From Candidatus Bathyarchaeota archaeon (GTDB lineage Archaea; Thermoproteota; Bathyarchaeia; Bathyarchaeales; DTEX01), in contig CAVQNT010000001.1 of the NCBI GenBank assembly GCA_963714275.1, forward strand, positions 64,001 through 128,000: DNA of 64,000 nt, written 5' to 3'. The position numbers and the translations under genes were made by a program. Numbering within the stretch: the stretch's first letter is position 1; every line of letters starts with the position of its first letter. A model generated the notes under the pieces. It saw only the letters and a program-made list of their open reading frames with translations. It did not search any database and was not told the DNA's origin. Shown in pieces: positions 1 through 11,506 of the stretch.

Positions 1-8
1 TGATTCTT

Positions 9-1020
9 TTAGCCTCCAACTCTTATCCGTGGGTCGATTAGGGGGAGCAGCAAATCAACTATAAGATTGGCCGTGAGGACTGTAAAAATCGATAAAATGA
101 AGAAGCCCATTATCGAATTATAGTCTAACACAAAATAAGCCTCGGAAAACAGTCTGCCGACTCCCGGATAATTAAATATGGCCTCCACTATCACTGAGCC
201 GCTCATTATGAAACCTAAACCAATCCCTAATGCAGTGATCTGGGGAAGCAAAGAGTTTCGCATAGTATATGTGAAAAAGATTCTTGACTTCTTCAGTCCC
301 TTCAGCTTCTGCAAATTGCAGATAGTCTTCCCCCAGAATCGAAATAATCAGAGACCTCTGCGATATCACCCAGCCGAACATCGAAGTCAGAACGATTGAA
401 AGAGCAGGCAGAGTACCATGCTGTATCACAGAAATAATGAAGTCCAAATTGAAACCAGGCGTGACTCTTAGTGAGTAAGCCCCTGAAGTTGGAAACAGAT
501 TCAGAAAATATCCGAGAAAAAGTGCACCTAACACTGCAAAAATGTAAAATGGAATTTGTGACATCCCCATCGCGAGGACGCTCACGATTTTGTCAAACTT
601 GGTTCCTTGCTTCCATCCAACTAAGGCACCTAAAATGATCCCCATAATCCAAGCCAGCAGAGTTGATATCGAGAGAAGCCCAATGGTCCACGGCAGCCTC
701 CTTCTCAACAATTCCTGAACCGGCGTGGGGAAACCTATGAGAGATGGACCCAAATTTCCTTTCAGGAGTTCATTCAAAAAGGTCATGTACTGTTCCAGCA
801 GAGGTTTGTCGAGACCAAATGCTTCTCTATAAACATTTATTGCGTGCGCGTACGCTTGGCTTTGCGAACCATACTTTACGACGATTGACTTGAAAAAGAG
901 CACTAATGGGTCTCCGGGAAGCAGATGAAACATCCACCATACGAATGTTAGTGCGACCGCTAGAGTGATGATGTAGGTTGTGAACCGAACGATGACGTAT
1001 TTTATTACGGGGTTCATCAT
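9..1020 (-). CDS. dppB: Peptide/oligosaccharide ABC transporter permease (DppB/OppB type); apparent +1 frameshift near 304
   Basis: ORFs 172..1026 and 9..314 join into one permease: LPGDP, FGLDKPLLEQY, GNLGPS, RLPWT, AEAKGL (EAA loop), VEAIFNYPGVG, DPRIR. The break is at AGCT 304-307. Confidence 0.88.
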
Positions 1021-1184
1021 CCACAACTCTATTGTTTTCTTATTAATCTGTTTTTCTTAACTAATACTGGTTAATTGCAATATTTAACTCTATATACAAT
1101 TATTGGAAAAGACTTAAAAGTAAGCAAAAACAAATATGGAAATCGTAAATAGCTTAAGCTATGTAAAAGAAGGAAAATAGAAAA

Positions 1185-3323
1185 ATGAAAAATACAATAA
1201 TAGCTTCAGTACTGACTATCCTATTAGCATGTTCTATGCTCCTTACAACACCAACTAAACCAGTTAATGCAAGTATCGAAATACCCACACCGAGAGATGA
1301 AACGTTTGTCTTCATGGGATGGACCACTTTTGACTCTAACCAAAACCCGTTAGTTGCGCCATACGCCAACTACATGACTTTGACCCAGCAAGAGGGCGAG
1401 TTTCTATGGTACGACAGCTGGGCTACTGGCGAAAGACTCTACTGGCAAGCCACAGGATACGAATATTCGGATGACTATACAACCATGACAATTCACATCA
1501 GATCAGGAGTCGAATGGAGCGATGGCGAACCTTTCACTTCTGAAGATGTTAAGTTCACCTTGGATTTAATAAAGTCCAACCCGTTGCTCACAAACAACGA
1601 CTGGATCTCTGAATGGGTAGACTCTGTGTCAACACCCGACGATATGACCGTCGTCATCACTTTCACAGCGCCCAATCCAAGAGCTGACCTAAAGTTTGCA
1701 GCAGGAGGTTGGGGAGGCTTAATGATGGTACCAAAACACATATGGGAGAACGTTGAAAACCCGCAGCTTGCTGACATTTGGGGAAGAGGCGACAACGCAG
1801 TGCCACACGTTCTAACTGGACCATACCTAGTGTACCAGATCTCCCAAGAGGCTGGAATGGTGATACTGATAAGGAATGAAAACTACTGGGCAAAGGACGT
1901 AATGGGTGTCTTTCCTGAGCCAAAATACTTCATACACAGAAACGGGCAATCAAACGACATTGAATTCCAAGAAATCGTTAGTGGCGGTGCTTATGATGGA
2001 GGCTTCGCAACATGGATGCCAAAGGATCTACTGACTACAGCAATCGAAGTTGGAGAAAACGTGACATCTGTTGAATACACTGACGCAGGAGAATTCTACC
2101 TGTTCGTAAATTGCGCCAAATATCCATTAAACATGCCAGAGATCAGATGGGCAATTTCATATGCCTTTGAAAGAGAAAACTTCTGCGCTTCTAGTCCATG
2201 GTACCCAGGATTGGCACCAGCAATCTATCCTTGGAGCAACTGGAATACAACTTCAAAGTTCCAATATGCTGATGTCTTTGATACGTACAAACTTGAATAC
2301 AACTTAACCAGAGCTGCTGAAATTCTGGACAATCTAGGATTCGTCGACACAGACGCAGACAATATTCGAGAGACTCCAAATGGAACAAAACTTTCGTGGG
2401 AAATCATAGTCGGATATGATTCAGAATCATTTCTCCCCATGTTCCTGTCATTGGTCAACGACTTTGCTTCAATAGGCATCGAAATAACACTTACTGGTCA
2501 ACCATGGAACGTAATCACTGACAGAACTTCAGTAGGTGACTACGACCTTTGGTGGGATTCCCCGCACGCATCCTACGGCGTTGTTATTTACGGAGAGGTT
2601 CTGCCCCTCATTGAACAATACCAAAGCAAGTACTATACACCTATTGGCACACCACTGTCTGAATATGACAACACAAGAGCTGGAAGGTTCACTAACCCCG
2701 AAATAGACGATTTGGTTGAACAAATGCAAGCAATTTCGCCGGGTGACTCAGCCATGGATACCCTTTCGCACCGCGCCGTCGAACTGTTCATGGAACAGTT
2801 ACCTGCAATCCCAATAGCTGAGTATAAACGCGTTGATATCTTCAGCAACCGATACTGGACTGGATTCCCATCGCAAGAGAATTATTATGCGTACCCATCA
2901 GGAAGCAGCACAGAATACGAATCCATCATAAACCACATCGTATCAACTGGTTATACACCCGCAACCTACACGTTTGTTTGGATCACTGAAAATATTGCAG
3001 CCTTCACTGGCACTGACGGACAAACCTATGGACCGTTCAACGCTCAAGAATACACACGTGTCACCGAATCAGACGCGGAAAGGCTCATAACAGAAGGCAA
3101 GGCAACCTACCAGGTACCTTCTCAGGCTTTGACACAAATAATTTCGTCGCTCTCTGATCTTTCGAGCGATGTAAGCGACCTAAAGAGTCAACAGACACAA
3201 GTATCCAACACGTTGGCATCTCTCAACAGCCAAAACAACATGCTCATGATAGTCATGATCGCCGAAGCCATCGCCATGGTATTAATGGCTGTGGCAATTG
3301 TCATGCAAAGGCGAACCAAATAG
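1185..3323 (+). CDS. Family 5 ABC solute-binding protein with signal peptide, extra C-terminal domain, coiled coil and C-terminal TM anchor
   Basis: IRSGVEWSDGEPFTSEDVKFT signature, TGPY, RNENYW, IRWAISYA, LPAIP; hydrophobic N- and C-termini. Confidence 0.9.
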   Translation: MKNTIIASVLTILLACSMLLTTPTKPVNASIEIPTPRDETFVFMGWTTFDSNQNPLVAPYANYMTLTQQEGEFLWYDSWATGERLYWQATGYEYSDDYTTMTIHIRSGVEWSDGEPFTSEDVKFTLDLIKSNPLLTNNDWISEWVDSVSTPDDMTVVITFTAPNPRADLKFAAGGWGGLMMVPKHIWENVENPQLADIWGRGDNAVPHVLTGPYLVYQISQEAGMVILIRNENYWAKDVMGVFPEPKYFIHRNGQSNDIEFQEIVSGGAYDGGFATWMPKDLLTTAIEVGENVTSVEYTDAGEFYLFVNCAKYPLNMPEIRWAISYAFERENFCASSPWYPGLAPAIYPWSNWNTTSKFQYADVFDTYKLEYNLTRAAEILDNLGFVDTDADNIRETPNGTKLSWEIIVGYDSESFLPMFLSLVNDFASIGIEITLTGQPWNVITDRTSVGDYDLWWDSPHASYGVVIYGEVLPLIEQYQSKYYTPIGTPLSEYDNTRAGRFTNPEIDDLVEQMQAISPGDSAMDTLSHRAVELFMEQLPAIPIAEYKRVDIFSNRYWTGFPSQENYYAYPSGSSTEYESIINHIVSTGYTPATYTFVWITENIAAFTGTDGQTYGPFNAQEYTRVTESDAERLITEGKATYQVPSQALTQIISSLSDLSSDVSDLKSQQTQVSNTLASLNSQNNMLMIVMIAEAIAMVLMAVAIVMQRRTK

Positions 3324-3415
3324 CCTTATTTGGCATACTTTCCCCTTTCTATTTTTTAAGAAAAAATTACTTAACTTCATACAGTATCCTGCACACGCTT
3401 GACAATGAATTGGAA

Positions 3416-4721
3416 TTAGGCTTCTTTTATGCAGGCTTCTAGAATATTCAATGCGTCGTCAATTTGTACCTTAGTTATCACAAGGGGAGGCTGAATTCTC
3501 AACACGCAGCCTTCGCTTCCTCCAGAACCAATGAGCAACCCTTTTTCTCGGGTTAAGTCTCTGATTTTTTCAGTTTCTCTTTTCGCAGGCGTCTTTCGTA
3601 TTTTGTCTTCCACCAGCTCGATTCCTATCATCAGCCCTTTTCCCCTTACATCGCCTATTATGGGGAAATGACTTTTCAGTTCGTTCAGCCGCTTCATCAA
3701 ATATTCGCCTTTCTCTGCTGCTTGCTTCGGCAATTCATCGCGTAACATTACCTCTATATTTGCTAGCGCTGCTGCTGCAGAAACAGGGTTTCCCCCAAAA
3801 GTTGAAAGGTGGTCTCCTGGCTCAAAGGAGATCTCCTATGTCCGCCCTGGCTATCGTTGCGCCAAGTGGGAAACCGTTCGCTATTCCCTTTGCCATGCAC
3901 ATTATGTCTGGTTCCACATCGTAGTGTTCTATCGCGAAAAGTTTTCCTGTTCGACCAAACCCGCTTTGGACTTCGTCTGCAATGAAAAGTATGCCGTAAC
4001 TGTCAAGTATTTCCTTAACGATTTTGAAGTATTCTTTTGGTGGAGCAATTATTCCTCCTTCACCCATAACTGGCTCTGCGATGAAAGCTGCGACCCCCTT
4101 GCTCGTGCAGTATTCCACGACGTCTTTAATTGATCTCGCACATAGCATGTCGCATTCTGGATATTCTTTCTGAAATGCGCACCGGAAGCAATATGGAGGG
4201 TAAGCAAATGAAACGCCAGAAAGGTATGGTCCCATGTCGTACTTCTTTCGTCCTGCCTGTCCTGTGACGCTTAGTGTGCCAATAGACCTTCCGTGGAAGG
4301 AACGCATGAGAGCGATGAATTCGGGTTTCTTAGTGAATTTTCTGGCGAGCTTTAATCCGCATTCTATTGCTTCAGATCCACTGTTCGAAAAGAACGTTTT
4401 TTGCAGATTCCCCGGTGTTATTTCTGCGAGTTTTTCCGCTAACTCGACCATGACGGGAACATAATAAACGTAGCCGCAAACATGGACAAATTTTCTGGCT
4501 TGTTTAAAGGCAGCTTCCAGTATTTCAGGTTGCGAATGGCCTGAATTTGTGACTGATATGCCAGAAAAACAATCTATGTATTCTTTTCCGTTGATGTCCT
4601 TTATTATGGCGTCCTTTGCATCACTTATGACGACGGGTTCAATTTTTTTTACCATGCTCGTGATTAGGTACTTGTTGGCTTTCTTGATGGTTTCTTCGTC
4701 TTTCCGCAAACTTAACACCAC
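3416..4721 (-). CDS. Class III PLP-dependent aminotransferase (GabT/ArgD-like); frameshift near 3830
   Basis: FSNSGSEA, SFHGRS, IAEPVMGEGG, IADEVQSGFGRTG, MAKGIANGFP, then STFGGNP and VRGKGLMIGIE...LRIQPPL in the second frame. Confidence 0.9.
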
Positions 4722-4840
4722 AATCTTGTTCCATAACTATACATATAAAACTATATACTAACAATTAATACTGAATTAAATTAAATCATTTCCACATAAA
4801 CAAAATGGAACAATCAACAAACAAACCAAAAATAAAGATG

Positions 4841-5810
4841 TTAGTTGTATTTGAAGCAGGCGACTTCTCTGTTTTTCCCACTTTTGTTAATATGGGTTTT
4901 TTATCAGCGCAGATGTTGCAAACCTCTGGACATCTATTATAATAATTGCATGCATGCGATTTTATGCGGCTCTTTAAATCTGAACTTTTTAACTCTATTT
5001 TGTCTTTCCATCTATCCGTGGGATCTGGAATTGGAATTGAGTTGATCAAATTTTTCGTGTATGGGTGAAGTGGCTTAGAAACAATTTCGTCAATTGTGCC
5101 TTTCTCCACTATTGTCCCGTTGCAGAGGACAACCACGTCATCAGCAATATGGTGTGCCACATTAAAGTCGTGGGTCACGTATATGGAGGAGATTTCGTAT
5201 TTCTTTTTAAAGTCCAGAAGAATGTCCAGAAAAATCGCCCTTAAAGAAGCATCAATCATTGAGACTGGTTCGTCGGCAAGAAGAAGCCTAGGCTTTATTA
5301 ACAGTATCCGAGCCAACATCAGTCTTTGCCGTTCGCCCCCGCTTATTTGGTGCGGATACCGCCCGAGAACTCTTCAGGTCTAATTCCTACGTTTCTCAGT
5401 GATTCTTCAATTAAGGCTTCGCGGTCCATTCCGGGGGCTAAATCAAATTTTTTCATGACCAATTCAAGTACCCTGTCAACTCTATAAAATGGATTGTAGA
5501 TGCTGTAGGGGTCTTGAAATATGACTTGAACCTCCTTTCTGAAGGTTTTTCGGTCCTTTTTCAGTAGTTCCTGAACGTTTTTTCCTTTGTACAGTACCTC
5601 GCCTGACGTTGGCTTGATGAAACCAAGTATAGCCCTTAGTATCGTTGATTTGCCGCTGCCGCTTTCTCCCACAAGAGCCGTTATTTGGGGTTTTTCTCCA
5701 ACAATAGTGAAAGATGCATCATCAACCGCCTTAATTTGCCTTTTCGCCAACATACCAGCCGTGAAAACTTTTGTCAGCTGATTTACTTGCAGCAACGGAA
5801 TTGTACTCAT
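4841..5810 (-). CDS. dppF: Oligopeptide ABC transporter ATP-binding subunit (DppF/OppF); frameshifts near 5368 and 4875
   Basis: GESGSGKST Walker A, FQDPYS, LLADEPVS, HPYT, and Cys-rich tail ending REVACFKYN* in the corrected frame. Confidence 0.85.
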
Positions 5811-6767
5811 TTCAATTCACCAACCAAATGACAGGCTACAAAACGGTCCTTCCCAACATTCCTCAGCTTGGGAAGTTCGGTTTTGCATAAATCTTTAGCA
5901 AATGGGCACCTTGGATGGAATCTACATCCTTCTGGCCAGTTAAAGAGGCTTGGTGAGATTCCAGGTATGCCTTTGATTTTTTTCTTGGTTATTGATGGGA
6001 TGGCGTCTATCAACAGACTTTGTGTATGGATTCAATGGGTCTTTAAATACATCTATTACTGGTCCGATTTCCATTATTAAACCAGCATACATGATCGCTA
6101 GCCTGTCAACGAGTTCTGCGTGGACCGCCATGTCGTGTGCGACAAAAAGTATCGCTACATCGTTTTTGTCTCTAAGTTCAGCTATAATTTGTAAAATTCC
6201 TCTTTGAACCACAAGGTCGAGAGCCGTAACAGGCTCGTCAGCCACGATAAGATCAGGTTTAAGGGCAGTGGCAGCAGCAATAATTACTCTTTGCTTCATA
6301 CCTCCGCTTAATTCATGGGGGTACATTTCGCTTACATCTTTTGCAAGACCCACACTCTCAAGAAGATCTGGAATTTCTTTTTCAGCCTCTTTCTTAGATA
6401 TATCTGAATTTGTCGTGATCACATCAATAATTTGGTCCTTTACTTTCAAAATGGGATTCAAGGAGTTCATGGAGCCTTGCGGAATGTAAGACAACTTTTT
6501 CCATCTGATTTTGCGGAGCTCTTCCCCTTTCAGTTTTAAAAGGTCGATTCCGTCAAACGTGACCTTTCCCCCGGCTATGTAGCCTGGCGGTTTGATTATT
6601 CTGAGGACCCCCTCAACTAAGGTAGATTTTCCGCATCCTGACTCTCCCGCAATCCCGAAGACTTCTTTTTTTCTGACCTCGAACGTGACTCCGTCTACTG
6701 CTCTATATTCGCCTGTGACTCCTTTGTAGTACACTTTCAAGTTTTCGACTTCGAGGACATTGCTCAT
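5807..6767 (-). CDS. dppD: Oligopeptide ABC transporter ATP-binding subunit (DppD/OppD); frameshift near 6017
   Basis: GESGCGKST, YPHELSGGMKQR, VADEP, GCRFHPRCP..VACH. Confidence 0.88.
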
Positions 6768-6847
6768 GTTTTGGCTCCGCTTGTTTTTCTAGCGATTTTA
6801 ATATTTCTATGAAAGCGTATTAAAAATACTTCACGGTTTTTACCATA

Positions 6848-7723
6848 TTACCCTTTGAGGAAGCGTTCGACATTTTTGTGACAAATCTTTTCCATCACTT
6901 CTTCGGAATACCCAAGCTCTTCTCTTATTATTTTTCTGTCCATTTCAAATATACGTTTAGAACCTCCCCATTCGGGACTAAAGTCTGAAGCGTGAGAATC
7001 GGTCCCAAACATCATATGGTTCTCGGCGCCAAATACCAACGCTGTCTCAAAAGCTTTTTTTCGGAAAAACTTGGGGGTCCCAGGAGTCAAGTCGATGTAC
7101 ATCTGCATTTTGTCGATTTTTTCTGATTCGGGTGTTGTATAAAGTCTGTCTTTTATCCTTCCATAAACGGCTATGCACTCGTCAGTCCAAGGCCAGCTGA
7201 TGTGTGCCAAGGCGAACTTGATTCGGGGAAAGTTGAGCAAAGCTTCGTAAAATACTGGTTGACAAAATCTGGAAGAATCCTTGTTGTCGTCCAGAACTCC
7301 AGAGTGAAAGATGATTGGAACCTTCAGCTCCTGAACCTTCTCGTAGAAGGGGAAGAATTTTTGGTCACACGGATAATAGTGGTCGGGCATCAGCTTTATG
7401 CCTCTGCACTCGTACTTCGTCACTGCTTCTTCGAGGATGCGGACAGCGTTCTTCAGTCTAGGTTCCATCCATGCGAAGGCTACGATTTTATCTGGGGCTT
7501 CAGCTTGGAGTTTCGAGATGAACTTTATAACTTTTCTTTGTTCGGCATCGTTGACGCCCATGCTTGAGTACCCCATGAACCCCACTGGGTTTGGGTCTTC
7601 TCCTTTTGCCCATGGATAGGGCGAGAAAATGATCGCTTTGTCGACTCCTCCAGCTTCCATGGCTTTCAATACATCGTCAGCGGTTTCGGTTCCCATGCTA
7701 TGAACGTGACAATCTATCAGCAC
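6848..7723 (-). CDS. Amidohydrolase family 2 protein
   Basis: IDCHVH, GIKL, FHSG, LAH and MFGTD motifs. Confidence 0.85.
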   Translation of the reverse strand: MLIDCHVHSMGTETADDVLKAMEAGGVDKAIIFSPYPWAKGEDPNPVGFMGYSSMGVNDAEQRKVIKFISKLQAEAPDKIVAFAWMEPRLKNAVRILEEAVTKYECRGIKLMPDHYYPCDQKFFPFYEKVQELKVPIIFHSGVLDDNKDSSRFCQPVFYEALLNFPRIKFALAHISWPWTDECIAVYGRIKDRLYTTPESEKIDKMQMYIDLTPGTPKFFRKKAFETALVFGAENHMMFGTDSHASDFSPEWGGSKRIFEMDRKIIREELGYSEEVMEKICHKNVERFLKG

Positions 7724-8041
7724 ATTCTATACCTCCTTTATATCATCATATTAATGACTATATATTATTATATGAACGTAATACTGTCGACTTAAATAAA
7801 TTTTACCATCCCGCGCACGTTTATTCCATGAAATCCGCGTTTATGAACCATTCTTCTGAATCCAGAGTTAGCGTTAAAGGAAATTATGCGCCAGAATGTT
7901 TTTGGCTCAGTTGTGTTTTTAGTTTTTTCCATACGTTCATAACCTTTTTCTTTTAGTCGCGTTGTATATGTTAGTATCGCAGAGTATTTATATGGCAATT
8001 GCTGTATTTATCATTATATATAACTATGTGAGGGAAGCAGA

Positions 8042-8887
8042 ATGACAACGATTTATGGCAAGATACCGCAATCCATTTTTAAGCCAGAATATGGCGATTT
8101 AGTAAAAACTGGCACTGTCTATTCTTTATCGTTTGTTAATTCTTATCCGCCCAGAAACCCCAGTGGAATGACGCCTTTGATGCTGTCTCTTTCGCGGAGA
8201 CACAAGCTCCAAGACATCAACCTAGAGGGAAACACCAAATTCACTGAAGCTGACGAAACCATCGTCATGAGCGGGCATTCTACGACTCATTTGGATGCGC
8301 TGTGCCACATTGGCGAAATTAGGGAAGGAAAGACAAATCTCTACGGCGGCATTGATGCGGGCGAGACTGAGCATTACAGAGGATTCCGAAAGCTTGGGAT
8401 TGAAGGATGCCCTCCGATAATCACTCGGGGAGTCCTTCTGGACGTTCCTCTGTACAAAGACGTGAAGGTTTTGCCAGTAAGCTACTCAATATCAGCGAAG
8501 GACCTTCAGGGAACTTCTGACCTTGAAGGAGTGGAAGTCAAGCAGGGAGACTGCGTTCTTATCCGAACGGGATTCACGAAGATTTGGCGACCAGGCAATG
8601 AAGTCTTCTACGGAAGGTGCGCTGGACCTGAAATGGAGGGAGCCCAGTGGCTTATTGACCGTGGCATCATTGTTTCAGGCTCGGACACAATTAGCTACGA
8701 AAGAAATCCCAGCCCCACGCACCCGGTTCATAGAAAAATGATCAACAACGAAGGAATTCTGCTTATGAAGCTGCTGAATTTGGAAGAACTAGCCAAAGAT
8801 AAAGTGTACGAGTTCCTTTTCATCGCCTTGCCATTAAGAATCTTTGGGGCTACTGCGTCACCCGTTAACCCAATCGCCGTTTGTTAA
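8042..8887 (+). CDS. Cyclase family (kynurenine formamidase KynB-like) metal hydrolase
   Basis: HSTTHLDALCH, RGVLLD, LIRTG, PLRIFGATASPVNPIA. Confidence 0.85.
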   Translation: MTTIYGKIPQSIFKPEYGDLVKTGTVYSLSFVNSYPPRNPSGMTPLMLSLSRRHKLQDINLEGNTKFTEADETIVMSGHSTTHLDALCHIGEIREGKTNLYGGIDAGETEHYRGFRKLGIEGCPPIITRGVLLDVPLYKDVKVLPVSYSISAKDLQGTSDLEGVEVKQGDCVLIRTGFTKIWRPGNEVFYGRCAGPEMEGAQWLIDRGIIVSGSDTISYERNPSPTHPVHRKMINNEGILLMKLLNLEELAKDKVYEFLFIALPLRIFGATASPVNPIAVC

Positions 8888-8955
8888 ACAGGGCGCCTTA
8901 ATTACGGTGGTAAACGGTCGCATTCATAAAAGTAAATTTGAGAGGTCGGAACGGA

Positions 8956-9630
8956 ATGAAGATAGTGGATTTGTCGCATGAAATTGTGCCTTCCTTTTTG
9001 GATAATAAAACAAAATTGTCATCGGTGGACATGAGGTCGGTTTTCTGCTACCTCTTTAAACCAGACCCTGAAACCGAGTGGCACATAGCGCACCTGTTCA
9101 GCACGTCGACGCATTGTGGCACGCATCTGGAGGCGCCGTACCATTGGATGAAAGAAGGAAAAGACGTTGCCTCGTTGCCTCTTGAGTCTCTCATCGGACC
9201 AGCCATCAAACTGGACTTTTCGTGCAAGAAGGCTGGCGAATCGATAACTCTTGAGGAAATTAGAGAGTCCTGCAAAGGGAAGCTGAGGAAGGGCGACATG
9301 GTCTTTTTGCAGACAGACCATGGCAAATTGTGGGGAACCGACAAGTACTGGTTGAACAGCCCAAGCCTATCTACTCAAGCTGCAGAGTGGTTAGTTGATA
9401 AAGGAGTGAAGTTGGTCGGGATTGACGCTCCTCGGCTGGACCGTTTTAGCAGCAAAGGCAGAGAAAGGTACATAATTCACGAGATACTGCACGGAAACAA
9501 TGTTTTAGTCATAGAAAATTTGGCTAATCTTCAAGAGTTCAAAAACAGGGGAACAGCGTTCGTTTTGCCAATGAAGATTCGTGGCTTGGACGCCTTCCCC
9601 GCTAGGGTGGTTGTTCTCGAAGAGGGCTAA
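8956..9630 (+). CDS. Second cyclase family (KynB-like) protein
   Basis: IVDLSH, HCGTHLEAPYH, VGID, IENL, PMKIRGLDAFPARV. Confidence 0.85.
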   Translation: MKIVDLSHEIVPSFLDNKTKLSSVDMRSVFCYLFKPDPETEWHIAHLFSTSTHCGTHLEAPYHWMKEGKDVASLPLESLIGPAIKLDFSCKKAGESITLEEIRESCKGKLRKGDMVFLQTDHGKLWGTDKYWLNSPSLSTQAAEWLVDKGVKLVGIDAPRLDRFSSKGRERYIIHEILHGNNVLVIENLANLQEFKNRGTAFVLPMKIRGLDAFPARVVVLEEG

Positions 9631-9636
9631 GTCGAC

Positions 9637-10570
9637 ATGAAGGTAATCATAGCTCGAGAAGATCCATGAAAGTGGCATAGACTTCCTCAAGAAAAACAAC
9701 GTCGAGCTTGAACTACTTTATGAGTCTAAAAGGTCGCTTGAGGATGCCGTAAAGGAAGCTGACGGCGTTGTTGTTAGACTAGCAAAGATTACAGACCGTT
9801 TACTGAAGATTGGTAAAGAGAACTCGTTAAGGGTTGTTGCGAAACACGGCATTGGAGTCGACAATATAGATGTTGAAGCGGCGAAGAAACTCGGTATACG
9901 GGTCGTGTACACGCCTGATGTGATGGCTAATGCTGTTGCAGAATTCACGTTAGGCGCAATTCTCATGTTGGCTAAGAAGTTCAACGAGTATGACTCGGAA
10001 GTCAGAAAGGAAAAGTGGGAGATAAGGTACTCAGCGAACAATCTGGAAATTAAAGGAAAAACAATAGGCATCATAGGATACGGCAGAATAGGAAAAAGAG
10101 TAGCAGAACTATCAAGATGTTTCGGCGCCTCGGTTATAGTATATGATCCATACGTTAAAGTACAAGAGAATTTTATTTGGCAAACCGAACTGCCTATTTT
10201 ACTCAGCAATTCAGACTTCGTAACTATACATACGCCGTTGACAAAATCGACGTTTCACATGATTGGACGGAAAGAACTCGGATTCATGAAGCAAGGAGGG
10301 TACATAATCAACACTGCAAGGGGAGGAGTAATTGACGAGAAAGCGCTCTGCGAGGTCCTAAAGGAAGGAAGACTGGGAGGAGCAGTGCTCGATACAACTG
10401 AACAGGAACCTGTCACCCTCGACAACCCGATTCTGAAATTTGATAATGTGATTCTTACCGCGCATACTGCAGGACTAACAGATGTCAGTGTGACCGAAGA
10501 ATCGCTGCTTGCCTGTAAACAAGTATTCCAAGTTCTCAAGGGCGAAGAACCTTCTTATTCACTAGTGTAA
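9637..10570 (+). CDS. D-isomer 2-hydroxyacid dehydrogenase (SerA-like); frameshift near 9655
   Basis: MKVIIA then EKIHESG..KHGIGVDNID, GYGRIG, INTARG, HTAG. The extra base follows AGCT 9651-9654. Confidence 0.88.
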
Positions 10571-10721
10571 CCAGTCAGCTAACATTTACAGCAACATCAA
10601 AAAAAGTAGCGTACGAATCCATGCAATCTAAGAAGCTTATATATTAAAATATAGGTTATGAATAGTGGAATATAACTGAATATTAAGGGCAATAAAACAT
10701 TCATGAAAGGATGGAGCAAAA

Positions 10722-11238
10722 ATGCCTGTAACAACAATCGATATTCCCGAAGAGACCATGCAATACGTGGACTCTCTGTTAAAGAGCGGAAAAGTGAAAA
10801 GCCTCAAGGCCCTAATCAGCGACATGCTGGCTTTTCACCAAGCATTCAGCATGAGCGAGTGGAACGATAACATCTTCTACTTCTTCGGCTTAAGGCACGC
10901 GTTCTTTTCTCAACGTTCGCTCAGGCTGCTTATTGAAAAAATGAAACCCGAAGAGCGGCTTGAAACGGGAAAAAGTATGGGGCAAACTTGGATAGACGCC
11001 CATTTCGCGAGATACAGCGAACCGATCGTTAAAGAAAAATGGCAGCAAGCCTTCAAAATATTGGAGGACGTAGGCTGGGGAACATTTGAGTCTGTCAGGG
11101 AAAACGCTGGTCGTCAAAAGACCGTTTCTTCCAATAGAGATCCTGCACGGATACCTCGAGACTGGAATGCAGATCAAACTTGAAAGAGTAACAACAACGG
11201 ACCAGATCGGCGTATTCAATATAATTGAGAATCCATGA
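10722..11238 (+). CDS. Putative regulator: N-terminal ribbon-helix-helix plus V4R-like ligand-binding domain; frameshift near 11091
   Basis: PVTTIDIPEE..VDSLLKSG (RHH/CopG pattern), G..MG..W and GWG motifs; continues in another frame as LSGKTLVVKRP..HGYLE to a stop at 11238. Confidence 0.55.
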
Positions 11239-11506
11239 TTATTACCAAACATAATGTCGAACATTATAAGCTTACTAGCAGTGAGCTAGAACACTTGGCT
11301 CTAAAGCATAATTATTTGTGTTTACGTTGATTTAGGTTGCGATTTTTTAATACTTGAAGCAGCTAGCTAAATAAACCAATCTACCTATTTTCATAATTTT
11401 ATACTCCTCTTTTATTGACAACAAAGGAGGTCTTCTGAAATTCGCTTTCGGGAGAACATACTCTTTTTCCTTTTATGATTTTTCAATTCCTTGATAAGGA
11501 TAGAGA

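Noticed and set aside
7771-7941. 10-bp inverted pair TATGAACGTA / TACGTTCATA in the divergent promoter region
   Set aside because: Short, AT-rich and 150 bp apart; could be chance, and no further copies were found.
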